NCBI GenBank assembly: GCA_030265395.1
Contig: JARFYF010000104.1
Span: 72,217,478-72,281,477, forward strand
DNA length: 64,000 nucleotides
From: Rhina ancylostomus
Taxonomy: Eukaryota
Direction: 5' to 3'
The translations under genes and the position numbers were made by a program. The notes under the pieces are model-generated. The model had not been told where the DNA came from. It did not search any database and was given only the letters and a program-made list of their open reading frames with translations. Shown one piece after another: positions 1 to 63,840 of the stretch (within the stretch, counting starts at the first letter, position 1; each line of letters begins with the position of its first letter).

Positions 1-425
1 ATGTACTTATCAGGAATAAGTTTCATCTGCCATTGCTGCACCCAATTTACCAGCTGATCATTATCATTGTGTAACCAAGTCTATCCTCCTCACTGTCAAC
101 AGCACCAGCAATTTTTGGGTCATCTGCAGATGTATTAATCACACCTTCAACATTCCTATCCAATCCATTAATGCGTGTGACAAACTGCAAGGATCCAACA
201 CCAATCCCTGTGTTCTACTCAGATCACAGGCTTCCAATCAGAAAACAAACCCTCCATTAATACCCCTGTCTCCTATTACCAAGCCAACTTTGGATCCAAT
301 TTGCCAGCTTACCTTGTATCCATGGGTTCTAACTGTTTGAACCAGCTTTCCACGTGGGACCTTGTCAAAGACCTTATTGAAGTTCATGTAGATGACACTA
401 ATTGCATGGCCCTCATCTATATATT
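1..425 (-). mobile_element. CR1-type LINE RT fragment, degraded
   Basis: Minus strand reads VIYMNFNKVFDKVP (consensus YxDFxKAFDKVPH); similar to the CR1 copy at 11355-12770. Confidence 0.85.
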
Positions 426-736
426 TTGTTACTTCTTCATTTGTTATTTAATGGAATTATATTAATATGTAACTTTGTGATACATCTTTTAAATTTTTCG
501 GACAACAGCAATAATTTGCAGTCATGAGACCACTTACTGGGGGTGTGTCTTGATTGCAGTGGATTATATTAAGGTCTTTTAAAAAGAAGCTGAGCAGGAG
601 ACAAGGAAGGAAAATAACATGGTTTATTGTAACACTGCATCATAATAATTATGATTGTGATTAATTACAAAGAAAATCTATTCCTTTAGCCCATATGTTT
701 TTTAGTTAACCATATACCAGGTCTATTTTTCATACT

Positions 737-982
737 GGCACGGTAGCGTAGTGGTTAGCATGTCGCTATTACAGCACCAGCGACCCGGGTTCAATTCCTG
801 CCACTGCCTGTAAGGAGTTTGTACGTTCTTTCCGTGTCTGCGTGGGTTTCCTCCAGGTGCTCTGGTTTCCTCCAACATTCCGAAGACGTACGGGTAGGTT
901 AATTTGGGGTTTAAAAATGGGTGGCGCGGACTTGTTGGGCCAGAAGGGCCTGTTACCACGCTGTAAATAATTAAAAAAAAAT
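737..982 (+). mobile_element. tRNA-derived SINE (V-SINE/HE1-like), full length, CR1-like tail
   Basis: A box TAGCGTAGTGG near 744, B box GGTTCAATTCC 788-798, central gtgggtttcctcc...tggtttcctcc domain, A-rich end; related copies at 31720 and 63455. Confidence 0.9.
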
Positions 983-1679
983 TTAAACCTTTGGCATGAA
1001 ACCATGTAGGAGCAAAACTGGATAACTGCTGAAGGTAGCTGTGGAGATGGTGATGAGCTATTTACCTGCACCTGTTGCTTCCCATGCAACAGTGCTTTAA
1101 ATTTGCACTGCCTGTTTATTTACATGATTGCTTTCTGTGTCTGGCATTCTTGGGACACTTGAATTCATGATCAACTTCGAAAGAAGTAAGTGTTTTCATG
1201 CAAACTTAAGCTAAGATATATACACCAAAGGCCTTGCATTCCTGCCAGGTGCCAAAAAAGAGTAAAAAGAAATAGAAGAATTTGAGTTGAGAAAATATTT
1301 AATTCAGTCTGGTGCTTGTTACGTCAGCCAGAAAAAGGAAGCCTCATGAATCTCTCCAGGTCACTTTTTTAACAATATATTTATATCCAGTTGGTTAAAG
1401 GGCACATAGAAATAGAGATTGAGTTCAAAGTGGTTCCACTTTTCACCCGTTCTTCCTCCTCCAAAAGCTGCCAAGTATCCTGATGGCTAAGTCTGTTACA
1501 AGTGTGTTATGAATATTAGATGATGTTGGGGATTGGTGAAGGGGAAGTGGCTTATGGACTCCAAAATGTAGAGGGCATTATTCAAGAGCATCTTACGCAA
1601 TGCTGCTGTATCACTGTTCCAACAGCCTTGGTTCAATCCTGACATAGTGTTGTTTGCATGTCCAGCATTCTATTTTTTT

Positions 1680-2130
1680 CTCTACCATTTTTGTTAACTT
1701 GATGCCCTGTAATTCCCTAGACATATTTTAATCCCATTCCTAAATATAGGCATTATGTTATGAATTATCCATTAGTCCCAACAAATTATTAAATATGTAT
1801 AGCATTGTCTCCATTATCTCTTCAGAATATTCTTTTACAATGCATGGATGCAATCCATCTGGACTGGGGGTGGGGGCGGGGGAGGGGTTTATCCTCTTTG
1901 AGTTTGATTAATATATCTGCTTTTTCTATTTTAAATGCACTTACCTCATTTCTCATTACTCATCTCATCATCTGAGGAGAAATACCAAAAAGAAATAATT
2001 ATTTAATATTTCTGCCATTTTCATGTCATTAGTTGTAGTATTGATCTATCTCTTAATAGTTCTTTTCCTATCCTAACTTTCCTTTTATTATTGAAGTAGT
2101 TAATTCCTTTCCCTTACTAGTCTCTGCCTA
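1680..2130 (-). mobile_element. Old CR1-type LINE fragment
   Basis: Minus strand gives PSPDGLH...IVK, resembling the conserved SPGPDGIHPRVLKE motif upstream of the CR1 RT domain. Confidence 0.55.
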
Positions 2131-3399
2131 ATCAACCCCAGTGGCAAAACATTTCACTTTCCATCCCCAGACTACTTCCAATATCTGTTAACCATCTTTT
2201 CTCTTAGGAACAGTTAAAATCAGAGGAAACACTCCAATTCAGCCAAAATGCTGTTACTCATTTTTGCATCATTCTGTTAGATCTTTGGGCACATTGAGAT
2301 TTCAATATTCTCTCTATATTTGGATCTCCTGAAGTGAACCAAAGTTAAACCTTTCTTAATATGTTATTTTAATATTTTTTTAAGTTCTGTAAGATCAGCT
2401 ACATGTTCCCCAACGTTTGGTTTAACATGAAGAACTGTGAAGTAAATTATGGTGACGCTGTTCAAGCTAATTCAGCTGAATGCCTGAATTTGATTCAGTT
2501 TGATGCTTCAATATTATGTTTCAGCTGTACAGAATGGGCCGTTATGAATACATATGTCTGTTTTCCTCAGTCTCAATAAACATTCTGTTGTTGAGGTGGG
2601 AGAGCCTGATATGGGATCAGTAAATCACATGATCCACATCAACAAAGGCATATTGTTTTAAAATTAAAAACTCCTACTGTGGCTAAACAGCAGCAGATAA
2701 CTCAGACTAAATAGTGTTTTTCTTTCTTACATGCTTGTTTTCCTATTCTGTGCTCATGGCCGTAAGGATTGGTAACAGGTTTGTAAGGGCACAAGTTCTA
2801 TTTCACCATCGTTTAACTTCATCAGAATAGATAAATTGAAGAATGGCACTAGTGGTGGGGATAGGTTGGTGTACCATAATCTGCTCTAATTTCTTCACTG
2901 CCCATGGTTGCTTATTTATTATTTTCCCTTAGGTTTTGCTTCCAGCCTCAGAAGTGACTATAATATATTTGACGCTCACTGTAAAGTACAATACTTCCTG
3001 ATTCCTTTGTTGTTCTTGGCCCCTGACACTCTTGTTCTGTTCTCTAGGAATGGATAATTCATCTTTATTTAGGAGTTGGCCTGATCCAAATTCTTTTCCA
3101 ACATCATAAAGTACAAATAGCATCTGATTCCACAGTTGTGACAAGAACCAGTTTGTCGCTATACTTCTTGCGTCCTATCTCCCAATATNNNNNNNNNNNN
3201 NNNNNNNNNNNNNNNNATATATAGGAAAGTTCAATCAAAAGTAAATGGAGAACAGAATAGGAATACTTTTATTGTTAGATTTTGTTTCAGTCACTCAATA
3301 CTATCACTGATTTCAGTGCTCTGATGCTTGTTCCTAAGTGTTCAACTTAAGATAGTGTGAATAATAGGAATCAAAAAACAGCCTGTTTTTGAAATAGAG

Positions 3400-3655
3400 A
3401 AGATTATAAATGAATGGGGTACAGAGGGATCTCGATGTTCTTGTGCATGGAACACAAAGAGTTAGCATGCATGTTCAGCAGATAGTTAGGAAGGCAAAGG
3501 GAGTACTGGAGGTTGTGGAGTTTAGATCACTGGAGGTATTTAACAAGGTGGAAAATCAATTTTTAAAAGATCAGGGAATTGAGGGCTATTTGGTGTTGGG
3601 ACTGAGGAGAACAAGGCTTAGGGCAGATCAGTAATGATCATATTGAATGGCAGTG
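3400..3655 (+). mobile_element. CR1 LINE 3' fragment with internal deletion
   Basis: ORF 3410 reads VQRDLDVLVH...MHVQQIVRKAKG and joins directly to the terminal VVE.RSLEVF segment. Confidence 0.8.
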
Positions 3656-4234
3656 GTGAATTGAGGTTCATCATAAGAATAGCAGAATAATTGAACATAT
3701 GAATCACTTCGGATGATCTGTATTTTTAATGATGGATAAAGAATCCAAACCTTGGATATTAGAATTTACTTGTGCTGATGTGGTTCATTAATTCCGAGTA
3801 GATAACAGTACATTAAGGACAATGGGGCATCTGGAACCTTGCTGAACTACAGGACCAATAATTATCTCCTTAGTTTATGAGATCTAAGGATTTAAATGTC
3901 CAACAAAGCTCACTTTGGCAGCTGGGGCATAGTTAGACAAAGGCAACACCTCCCAACATGGTAAGACATGAGGAATCGGCATGGTGATTGTTGGTCATTA
4001 ATCAATTAGGGAGCCCATGTACTTTGAGTAATAGCCAGGGATTGTGTAATTGGCCAGGGATTAGTAGGGAAATCAAAATTTTAACAACCTGACAATAACT
4101 TAGCGTCCACACTATCTTTAGCCAAACTTTGCTGAAGGTTCTGTCAGAAGACTAAATCTTATTTCTTGTGTTTTGTCACTTTTATTGCTATTTCCACAAG
4201 ATAAAGAAGTTAATGGTATTATTAAAACTGTTGA

Positions 4235-4525
4235 AAGGTGGCACAGTCGCACGCAGGTAGTGCAAGTGTCTCACAACTTCCATCAACCTGCTTTTGATTC
4301 TGACCTCTGGCACATTTGTTTCTGGTATTTATATCTAGTATTTGCACATCCTGTGACCATGTGGGTTTTTAGGTTAATTGGCTGATGTAAATTACACCTT
4401 CTGTAGGTGGTGATAGGAGAATCAGTGAAGTGTTAATGTGCATTGGTTGCAGAGCAGGAATGGGATTGATTGGATTGCTCTGAGAGCTGGCATAGACAGG
4501 ATGGGCTGAATGGCATGTGGTATGG
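4235..4525 (+). mobile_element. Degraded tRNA-derived SINE
   Basis: ggtggcacagt head, gtgaccatgtgggttt core, ggttaattggc..tgtaaatt, tail gctggcatagacaggatgggctgaatggc. Confidence 0.7.
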
Positions 4526-7500
4526 ACAGTGTTAAATATAAACACGTAGTGGTGCATTTCCATAAAGCTTCTCCCGTCTTGCCATTCTAAATTAGGTACA
4601 GACATTAAAAGAAATTCTGCTGAAGTTGCAATGGTGCGCAAGCCAAATATGGAGGAAATCCTTGCCCTCTCCTCCCACAGCCACCACTGCATGCAAATTT
4701 TTCTAGTATTTGGGCTAATTAAATTTAAATGCATGTTTCTCAGTATATCTTTTGCAAGAACTTCATTGCAATGCAAGTCTGTAAAGTGTGTAGTTTTAAA
4801 TAATTAATAAAGCACAATGGATTGTTTCTTTTTGCTTACACATAAACTGGTGGAAATAAGCTAAGCGACTCAAGTAAAATTTATTAAGAATAGAGGTTGA
4901 AATTTGAGCTATAGACAGGTGCATTAAAATCTCATTGAAGCTAACTTCAAAAACTTTTTTCAACACAGCAGTAAATTAACCATGAATATCTTGAAAAGGA
5001 AAGTATACATGTGGAGTGAATCAATTCTAACAAGCTCTATTGCTGCATTGAATGTTACTAGCTGCATTAAATTTTAATTTTTGCCTTTCACTAGCTACAG
5101 AGAGAGCCAGTTTCATGTATCCACATCTGTCAGTCATTATTCAATGTTACATTTACTTTAATCCTATTGCTGTTATCTCTTGAGAAATTTCTTGTTCTAT
5201 TCTCCAAACCCCTCTAGAATTCATTTTTATTTCTTGTCTTCTGTTGGTTACTCAATAATTTAGGACATGACTAGGAATGCATGGACAATCATTATTCATT
5301 TTCGTGAATTTTATTAAAAGTGTAGGTTAAGTAATTCTGATTTTAGTGGAAATTCTATTATGGATAAATGATGTAAAAATAATATAAACATAAATCATGC
5401 TTCTACCTTAAGCAGCAGAAAAGTTGTGAAACAAAATATGTGATGTGCTTTGTTTATTGTTAATTTCAACTGTGTTCCGACTTCCACGTTACTGAGGCCA
5501 TTGCCAAAAAAGATGTTTTCAGGGAAATGTGTAATAATAATCTGCTGCCATGCTGATCATAGTTCTGTGCTTGTGGTACATGTGTAATGGCTTGTTGAAT
5601 GCTTGGCTAGGTTTGTCTGATTTCTGGCACCCCGCATGGTTAATTAATAGTGTACACAATGCATTGTCAGTTCTCATGTGGACTGACAAAGAATAGGCTT
5701 ATTCTCTGACCTGAGGTTTTTTCATGTTCTTATTATTTGATGTTGAATTATATTCTGTGGCTGTGTTGTAGAATAATGCCAGCATTTCATGATTGAGAAT
5801 AGCTAGGATTCTGTAATGTTCACACCCTCAAATTCACAAATGCTGAGTTTACCCTGTTAAGATTAGCATTTTGAGGAGGTGCAAATAATTCTCCATCAAG
5901 AGTATTACATTGCCAACTGTTAGCTACCTAAGGTGATAGCAGTATTTTTCACCATGCACTGGGTTTTCAGCATTTTGAATATTAAAACAAATTAGCATAT
6001 TTTAAACAGGGATTTGACATTGTTATTGGAAATCATAATTAGATCAATCTGAAGACACTACTAGAAATATCAAATTGAATAAAGCTGCTTGGAATGCCAT
6101 TAGATATATTTATTTCTGTATTTTCTTGTGTACAAATCTAAGACAGAAATAATTTAAGATAAGCTGATGGTTCAGATTTGAAAGTATGAGCATTTTCATT
6201 TAGTAACTGTCCAAAATGAATCCCTGTAACCATCAGTTTGCCCAATCTCTACTGCCATTATTTTATATTGCAGTAAGTCCAGTTCAACAATACTCCCTAA
6301 CATTACAGACCCAGTACCTCCCACATNNNNNNNNNNCTTATCCTTGTATCCAAACCATCTCATAGTAATGATATAGGGGAGGGAAAGTTTGTTTCTAATC
6401 TAACAATTTGTTCTTCTGTCCTGGAACTATCTTTTCATCGGACTGTGAAAGGAGAATGAATCTGCTTGCTTGACATGCAAGTGGTCTTCAACAGTGTTGT
6501 TATTATACCCAGGAATTCCCTACTAAACCCTCACCACACTCTCCACCTAACATCGCTTTCTTGCAGAGGCATCCATTTTTGACTTATCGTGCTCTTTGAA
6601 GCACCTTTGACTGGTATTTTATTCTTTGGATTTAAGTTATGTGTTTGGACAAGTAAATACATAGTTTAGTTGCAGAAGGTAGCGGCAAATCCAGAAATCA
6701 CATATCCTGTTGATAGTATCAGTATGAACCAAGATTAGCTAAAGCCACAATTTTGCCACCTGTAGATTCTAACCTTGGGACTATAATCCTCATGGAACTG
6801 GGTATTAGCCAACATGATGCCAATCTGCAAATGAGATGTATATTCAAAACAGTAGGGACCAAACTGAATTAGCATAAAATAACATTTGTTTTTATTTTGT
6901 GTTTATGGTTTGAAAATTGTGATTGTAAACTATCACTCAAAGAGATGGATTATTCTTTGACAAATAAAACAAAGGTATATGCGATATAGATTAGCAGAAT
7001 TGTTTGGCATGTTTTTGATGCAAATTGAAATAATTATCTCTCTTTGGAATTTTAATGGTGTTTTATTTAAACTGTAAAGCATAGGCTCTCCAGTGAATGC
7101 TTTGCAGGAATATGCGGGTTTTTTAAATAATACTCAACTGTATAGAATATGATTTTCCCAGACTTGATTGCTGAATTAAAATAAAAATTGAAAATCCTCT
7201 TCCACTCTCTCCAAGACTGAAGTCTGGAGTACACTGTAATAGTCACCACTATCTTGGATGGGTGCCACCTCAACAACATTTCAAGAAACTCAACACTGAT
7301 CAGGATTGAGAAGGTCCTTGTTACTGAATTAAATATCTACCCTACCCCACCAGCACACTTATGATGTATAAGCTGTGATATGCAGGATACACTACAGGAA
7401 ACTAACAAGATTACTTGCTTCCTTGTGAACTCTGCCACCAAAAAAAAGATTGCCATGTTGTGGAACTTCATTGTTTTTCAGACTTGGACACAATGACCAA

Positions 7501-9269
7501 TTAACCTACAGTTGTCCTTGAGGTAGCTCTGCAGCTGAACTTACCTCATGCAATCGCATGGCTCCTATAAATCTGCAGGCCTTGATTCCACAGCTGAGAG
7601 TGAGTAGGCCCCTAAACAAAGCTTTCCGACACCCTGCTCCAGCACTGCCCTGAAGGTCTTTGTCAGCTCATAATGATCAGAGACGTCAGAAATAAAAGCA
7701 GGCGACATTACTTTAAATAATTAAAATATTTTAAAAGTATAAAAACATTTAAATGCATTTATGAATTAAAGCCATGTACAGTGGAAAAAGAACAAAAAAA
7801 TAGCTAAACTTGCCTTTTTAACAAAGGTCAGCAACCCCACTCTAATGAATAGAGCACATGAAGTGTTAAGTCTGGGGCTAATTGAGGGGCCAGATATGAA
7901 GTGTATCCATTCTCCTCAGCGAAGTGAGTTATGTAAGGCTGAGTCCAGGGGCAGATTGAGACGTAAATTACTAATACATGTAGCCTCCAGCATGTTCTGT
8001 ATTTCTGTACTGCATTACATAGGTGCTGAAGTCTGGAATGTGCTGACACATATACTGCAGCTAGCTGTAGAATTATTGGATAGCTATCAGAAGGATCTGG
8101 CCCAAAAACACTGTTTCTTCATCAGTGGGTATTTTTTCTGGAATTCTGCAACTCCCTATAAAACCAAATCCATATTCTACAGCTAGGAATATGAAATAAG
8201 TGCAGTGACAACACCATCTAAATGTCTATTTGTCTACAGGATAGTTTACTGACAATTTTTGGAGATTTACACTGTTATATTTAGGTTTATGTTAGAGTGT
8301 AGTAATATATTGAGATTGAAGTGATGCTGTCCAACTTTAGTGACAATCACACCAAGGCATTGTTTTGAAATCCATTGTTCACTATTTTGTTGAAGACTTT
8401 AACCCATTTTCATTTGGTAGTGTTATGATGATTAGCACAAATTTCACACAGAATGACTTCCACTTATTTTAAATATTTCTATGTAATCTATCCCTGTACA
8501 TCACAGTAAGTGATACAAGAATCCTCTAAGAATTCTTGATCTTTATTCTTTAAGGTCACAGAAATGGATTGCTAGGCTACCTCCTCAAATTCTCATCTGA
8601 TTACTCTGCAGCAGAACTGGTGTGCAACCTTGCCCTTTGTCAAGCTGTCATTGTTATTTTCCTTCCCCTCTGCCTTGGCCATGGGACACTCATGTATAGA
8701 GTCTCACCATATGGAGATTATGCTTATAAGATTCATTGTAAATTACTGAAGCTGTGAGCTTGTGAAATCGAGTAGTAGTGTGTGTTTATCATTAATACCT
8801 CCTTGGTATTTTTTAAAAAAAGAGGCATGTGGGTAAGGGTAGTTTGGAAAGGTGGGAAGAGGTGGGATGTGAGAAGGAGAATTATGAGGATACCATCACA
8901 TGCGAAGTATTCAGCCACACCATGGGTCTATCCTTAGCAATGAGTTGTTTCAGTAACAGCTAACACTATCTCCTCCATGGGAGTCAGAGCCTACAAATAT
9001 GCTTTTCCTTTTCCATTGTTCCTGTTGTCTCCAGTTTTGCATTTCCTTGATCAATGAGAGGGAATTGTGTCACTGAGTTTTCTTCAATGCACTGCTGATG
9101 TGATGTGCTTCTCATGTTGAATAGTCAGTATTGCGTGCAAGTATTCAGACATGGATGCAAGGCCTGATCAATAATATTTGTTGGTAGGTGAGTGATAGGT
9201 GTGGTGAATTGACCTTTGTTTGAGACCAGTGGTGCAATAGGCATAATATGGAATTTGGAGATTCATTCC

Positions 9270-9450
9270 TTTGTTATTTTTAAGTTCCTTCAGCTTCTTT
9301 TGGCATTGTCTCCAGGTTCTTGCTGTGTGATTCAGAGCTACCTGTATCCTGAGAATGGTGGGAGCCCCCACTGCTCCACTTGGATGCAGAATGTATATCC
9401 TATGTTCTACCTTCTCCAATATGGCATTCAAACTTTTTGGACTTCTCCCT
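9270..9450 (-). mobile_element. Myb/SANT-like relic, probably from a PIF/Harbinger transposon
   Basis: ORF 9168..9431 contains AILEKVE...IQVALNHTARTWRQCQKKLKELK, resembling the RTxxQCxxKWxxLK helix of trihelix Myb/SANT-like domains. Confidence 0.5.
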
Positions 9451-10570
9451 CGCTCTCTCTTGTACTGTTTCCCAGGTCAGAACCAGAACCAATGTAACCC
9501 CTGCTTTGAGGGGGATAGTTTTATGGGGTGCAGAATAGGTTTTACTGGTGCTACATACTCATGGTGTTGGCCCCCATAACATATCTAGCCAGAAAACAGT
9601 GCTGGAAATTGAAATAATTAAAATCAGCTGAAGTACAGCTAGCATTGTAATCAGCAGTTAACACCCACAGATGTATCTCTATTCCTGTACCCATTTCAGA
9701 TGCCATCCAATTTACTTTATCCAATCCCTTCATGATTTTAAACTCCTCCTTTCTTAACCTTAGTTGCTGTAAGGAGAACAATCTAAGTTTCTACAGTAAG
9801 TTTACTGCTGTGCCTAATCCCTAGAACCGTACAAGTAAATCACTCCTGTGCCTTCTCTAGAGTCTTTAGGTCATTTCTGATGTATGGTATCTAGTGTACG
9901 TATACCAGAAAAATTCATTGCCTTTTTTTATTTACTTTTGTCAACATTTATCTTTATTTTGTGAAATAAAATTGATTCAAAATCAGAATTCACTCAGTCA
10001 TCTCTATTCCTAATTTATACGAACATTTTGTAAACCCTGAATAGTGGAGGACTTATTCCATTGATATATGATTCAAACGAATTGTTAGGAATGGAGTTAT
10101 GGTTTGATTAATAATTGGATTAAAATATTTTACAACAATAACAGAATCTTCCCCCAGATGTCATTTGAACTTCCTGCATTGTCCGTGGTTGATATAATGT
10201 ACCCATAATCGTGCATTTTACTTTTCATTGATAGCTAATTGTTTTAGCAATGTCAAGCTAAATGCAGTTTATTGAGATGCATCTCTCAGTCACTAGGATG
10301 ATATATAAACAATATTGAATGTGGATTAAAAAAGCTGAAATGGTATTTAATTAATTTTGGGTCAAACGAATATTCTTTCTGTACTTCTTATTCCCAGTTA
10401 ATATTCAAATTATTTAATCTTAATCCTAGTGGAAATGGCCTGAAATTACTTATTCAATCATAGAGTGATCAAAAGAATAACTTTGTAACAGAAATACAGA
10501 CCTATGATTTAATGAGTTAGCAGTATCTATGGAAATAACTTTATGCTTTGCAAGACATTGATGATGGTAA

Positions 10571-60501
<49,931 letters not shown>

Positions 60502-61029
60502 GTGAGAATCCATTTGTACTTTCCCCTTGACCCGCTTCACTGTCCAAAAGAAGATAAAAATTATGTAAAAAGGAGTTAAAAATTATCCACTTATTAAATC
60601 ATTTTTAAAGCTGCCCATGTGGGTTAGCGTACAAGAAATCCTCACAGTCCAATAATGAAAACAATTATATTCCTTTGAGATGTCTTTCATTTGCATTGCT
60701 TACCAATTTTTATCAATGTGACAACTTACCAATAGGAGCTTAATTTATTGCACAGTGGCAACAGGTGGCTGAGGAATACAATTACATTAAACCACAACCT
60801 ATTCCTGGTATGAACTCTCCAAATCCTATTTAGTATGCTCTTGACAGGCCACAAGCCAGCCCAGTTATGAAGAAAAACTAAATTCATAAAAGAGCAAGTG
60901 TGGGAACTTACAGTAAATCACAGGGATTGATTTTCAGTCCACATTTTAAATTGTCGCATCTATCAAAGGTCTAACTGTTCTCTGTAACGTCAGTAGCATG
61001 GAATGAGCTGCTGAACTGAACATTCTGAA

Positions 61030-62010
61030 ATCATGGAATTCTAACAGCATGTAAGAAGGCCATTGGCCCATCAGGTCCATACTAACTCTATGTAAGGGCA
61101 ATCAACTAGTCCTCCTCTCCTGTCCTTTCCCTATATCCCTGCAAATTCTCTCTTTTCAGATACTTTCCAGCTTTCTTTTGAATGTTATAATTGAATCTGC
61201 CTGTACTATTACCCCTGGCAATGCATTCCAGACCCTAGATGCTCTTCATGTTACTTCTAGTTCTTTTGCCATTCACCTTTGGTCTGTATCCCCTAGTCCA
61301 TGGCTAATGGGAAAAGCTTCTCTCCATTTGTCTATATCCTTCATAATTTAAAAAAATCCCTGTCATAACCCCCTGTACCAGGGAGAACAGGCTCAGTATA
61401 TCCAGTCTGTTCACGTAACTAAAGTCCCTCATCCCTTGAATCATTTCAGTAAATCTCTTATGCACCCTTTCAGAAGCCTTTGCATCTTTCCTAATATCCA
61501 GAACCGGGCACAATACTCAGTTGTGGTAGAACCAATGTTTTATAAGGTTCATCATGATTTTGTTGCAGTTGTATTCTATGCCTCTACTTGTAAAGCTGAC
61601 GATCCATTTGGTCTTCACCACTTTCTCATCTGAACTTGTCTCCTTCCACAAATGATACAATGTAGTCCAAGATCTGTTTTTATTAACTTTAGAATTATGC
61701 CTTTTAGTTTATCTTGCCTGTACTCATTGTTTCTACCAAAATCTAACACTGTGCAGTCCTCAGTGTTAAATTTCATCTGCCCATTCCACTAGACTGCCAG
61801 TCTCCATGAAATCTGTTACTATTCTCCAGACAGTTTATGCCTTAAGGTTTTGTGTAATTTGCAAACTTGGAGAGTGTGCTCTGTACACCCAGGTCCAAGT
61901 CATTACTATGTATTAAAGAAAGCAGTGATGTAGTATTGACTTCAGGGGAACTCCACTTGCACATGCCTCCAGTTCAAAAAACAACTTTTCTGATATTTAA
62001 CCAATTGTTA
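61030..62010 (-). mobile_element. CR1 LINE 3' part, degraded
   Basis: IRKDAKASERVHKRFTEMIQGMRDFSY..RL; KFANYTK; tail near 61040. Confidence 0.85.
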
Positions 62011-63127
62011 TTCATATTGCTACAGCTCATTTCGTTTCATGGGTTTCATTGAGAAAAGGCTCAGTATTTTCTCTCTCAGGCATGTTTTAAGCTGTTAAAC
62101 TCATAGGTAACAAACACTATAGTTAATATATTCAAACTCACATGATCCAAATGAGTTGACAATAACCATATTGAGCCCATCAATAAAGCACTGATGCACT
62201 GAGAAGAGCAGAACACACTTCACATCAGCCCCCAGCTTTGTAGCAGGGTATCTGGTGTAAAAAGCCACTCAGAGACCCTGTGGAAAAATTGAAGGCAAGT
62301 AGCTGCTTTTAATTATTTGTTACTTAATGAGATATTTAAAATAATTTTTATATCAAGTGTTTAAAACTACTATGATAGAAAATTGTAAAAACTATCAGAG
62401 ATTTAAAAAAAAATTGAAAAGCTGTAGTCAAAGATGAGCAGGGGATTCCAAGGCTGAGCCTCAGCAACTCACTGCCTGAGGCCTAATCACTGCTTGGAAC
62501 ATGCTTAGCCTCAGTGGATACCACTCCGGTGCAGGGGGTCAGCTTTTCCAGCTCAGCATCCAGAAGAATTAATCCTGGGTAGGTGAACACTGCGGGCATG
62601 AGTCCGGGTTGCAGGCCAGTTTGAATAAGATTCATTCTGATCAATTTTTTCTCCTTTCCATAGCCAAATAATTGCTCTTCAATTTTTTTTTGTTCAAAGC
62701 AAACATGAATGTTGTTAATTCTGTGTCCATTAACTGACTGACTGTCAGAATCACAGCTTGCTTTTCTAAACAATAAAATAAGAAAGCTTCTATCTTGTAA
62801 AGCTTGTGTGAAGACTGTGTACATTTTCCTCAAACACAGTTAGAGATAACAGCAAAGCAAATAATTACATGGGCAAACCATTTAACATATCTATGAAACA
62901 CAGTTAATGGGAACCCTAGTCTAGATAAAAAGAATTGGAGAACTAATCCTAACCCTAATCCAACCATGCAGATGATCAGTGTATCTTTGGTTCATCGTTA
63001 GAACTTCTGAACATAAGGGAGAAAAGTATTGTTCTGGTAATTGCTTTGCACTTTCTGTAATAAACTATCTAAATGTTCTTTCCTTGCATGGGATAACAAG
63101 GGCTACAGAAACAAATTTTGTTCAACA

Positions 63128-63840
63128 AAGTATTGGTTTATTATTGTCACTTGTACTGAGGTACAGTGAAAAACTTGTCTTGCATACTGATCATACAGGT
63201 CAATTCATTACACAGTGCAGTTACATTGAGTTAGTACAGAGTGCATTGAGGTAGTACAGGTAAAAACAATAACAGTACAGAATAAAGTGTCACAGCTACA
63301 GAGAAAGTGCAGTGCAATAAGGTGCAAGGTCACAACAAGGTAGATCATGAGGTCAGGGTCCACCTCATTGAATAGCGGAACTATTCAATAGTCTTATCAC
63401 AGTAGGGTCGAAGCTGTCCTTAAGTCTGGTGGTATAAATGAAATTAAAGAAAAGTTTTATTTACCATGTGGTAACAGGCCCTTCCGGTCCAATGAGTCCG
63501 CGCCGCCGATTTTAAACCCCAAATTAACCTACCCATACATCTTTAGAATGTGGGCGGAAACTGGAGCACCCGGAGGAAACTCATGCAGGTAAGGGAGAAC
63601 GTACAAACTCCTTACGGACAATGATGGGAATCGAACCCCGATCGCTGGCACTGTAATAGCGTTGCGCTAACTGCTACGCTACCATGCCGTATCTGCCCTC
63701 AGGCTCCTGTCTCTTCTACCTGATGGAAGAGGAGAGAATGTCTCAGGTGGGTGGGGTCTTTGATGATGCTGGCTGCTTCACCAAGACAGTGAGAGGTAAA
63801 GACAGAGTCCATGGACAGGAGGCTGGTGTCTGTGATGCAT
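63128..63840 (-). mobile_element. Rex1/Babar LINE 3' part interrupted by a SINE
   Basis: 3' UTR tttattattgtcacttgtac; minus-strand coding end ITDTSLLSMDSVFTSHCLGEAASIIKDPTHL. Confidence 0.85.
63455..63688 (-). mobile_element. tRNA-derived SINE, same subfamily as 737-982
   Basis: Colinear reverse complement of 737-970 including the aatttggggtttaaaa segment. Confidence 0.92.

Noticed and set aside
737-810. tRNA-like A/B boxes
   Set aside because: SINE head running straight into a repeat body, with other copies in the window; not a tRNA gene.
62942-62962. ctaatcctaaccctaatcc telomere-like motif
   Set aside because: Only one perfect CCCTAA unit; too short to call an interstitial telomeric repeat.
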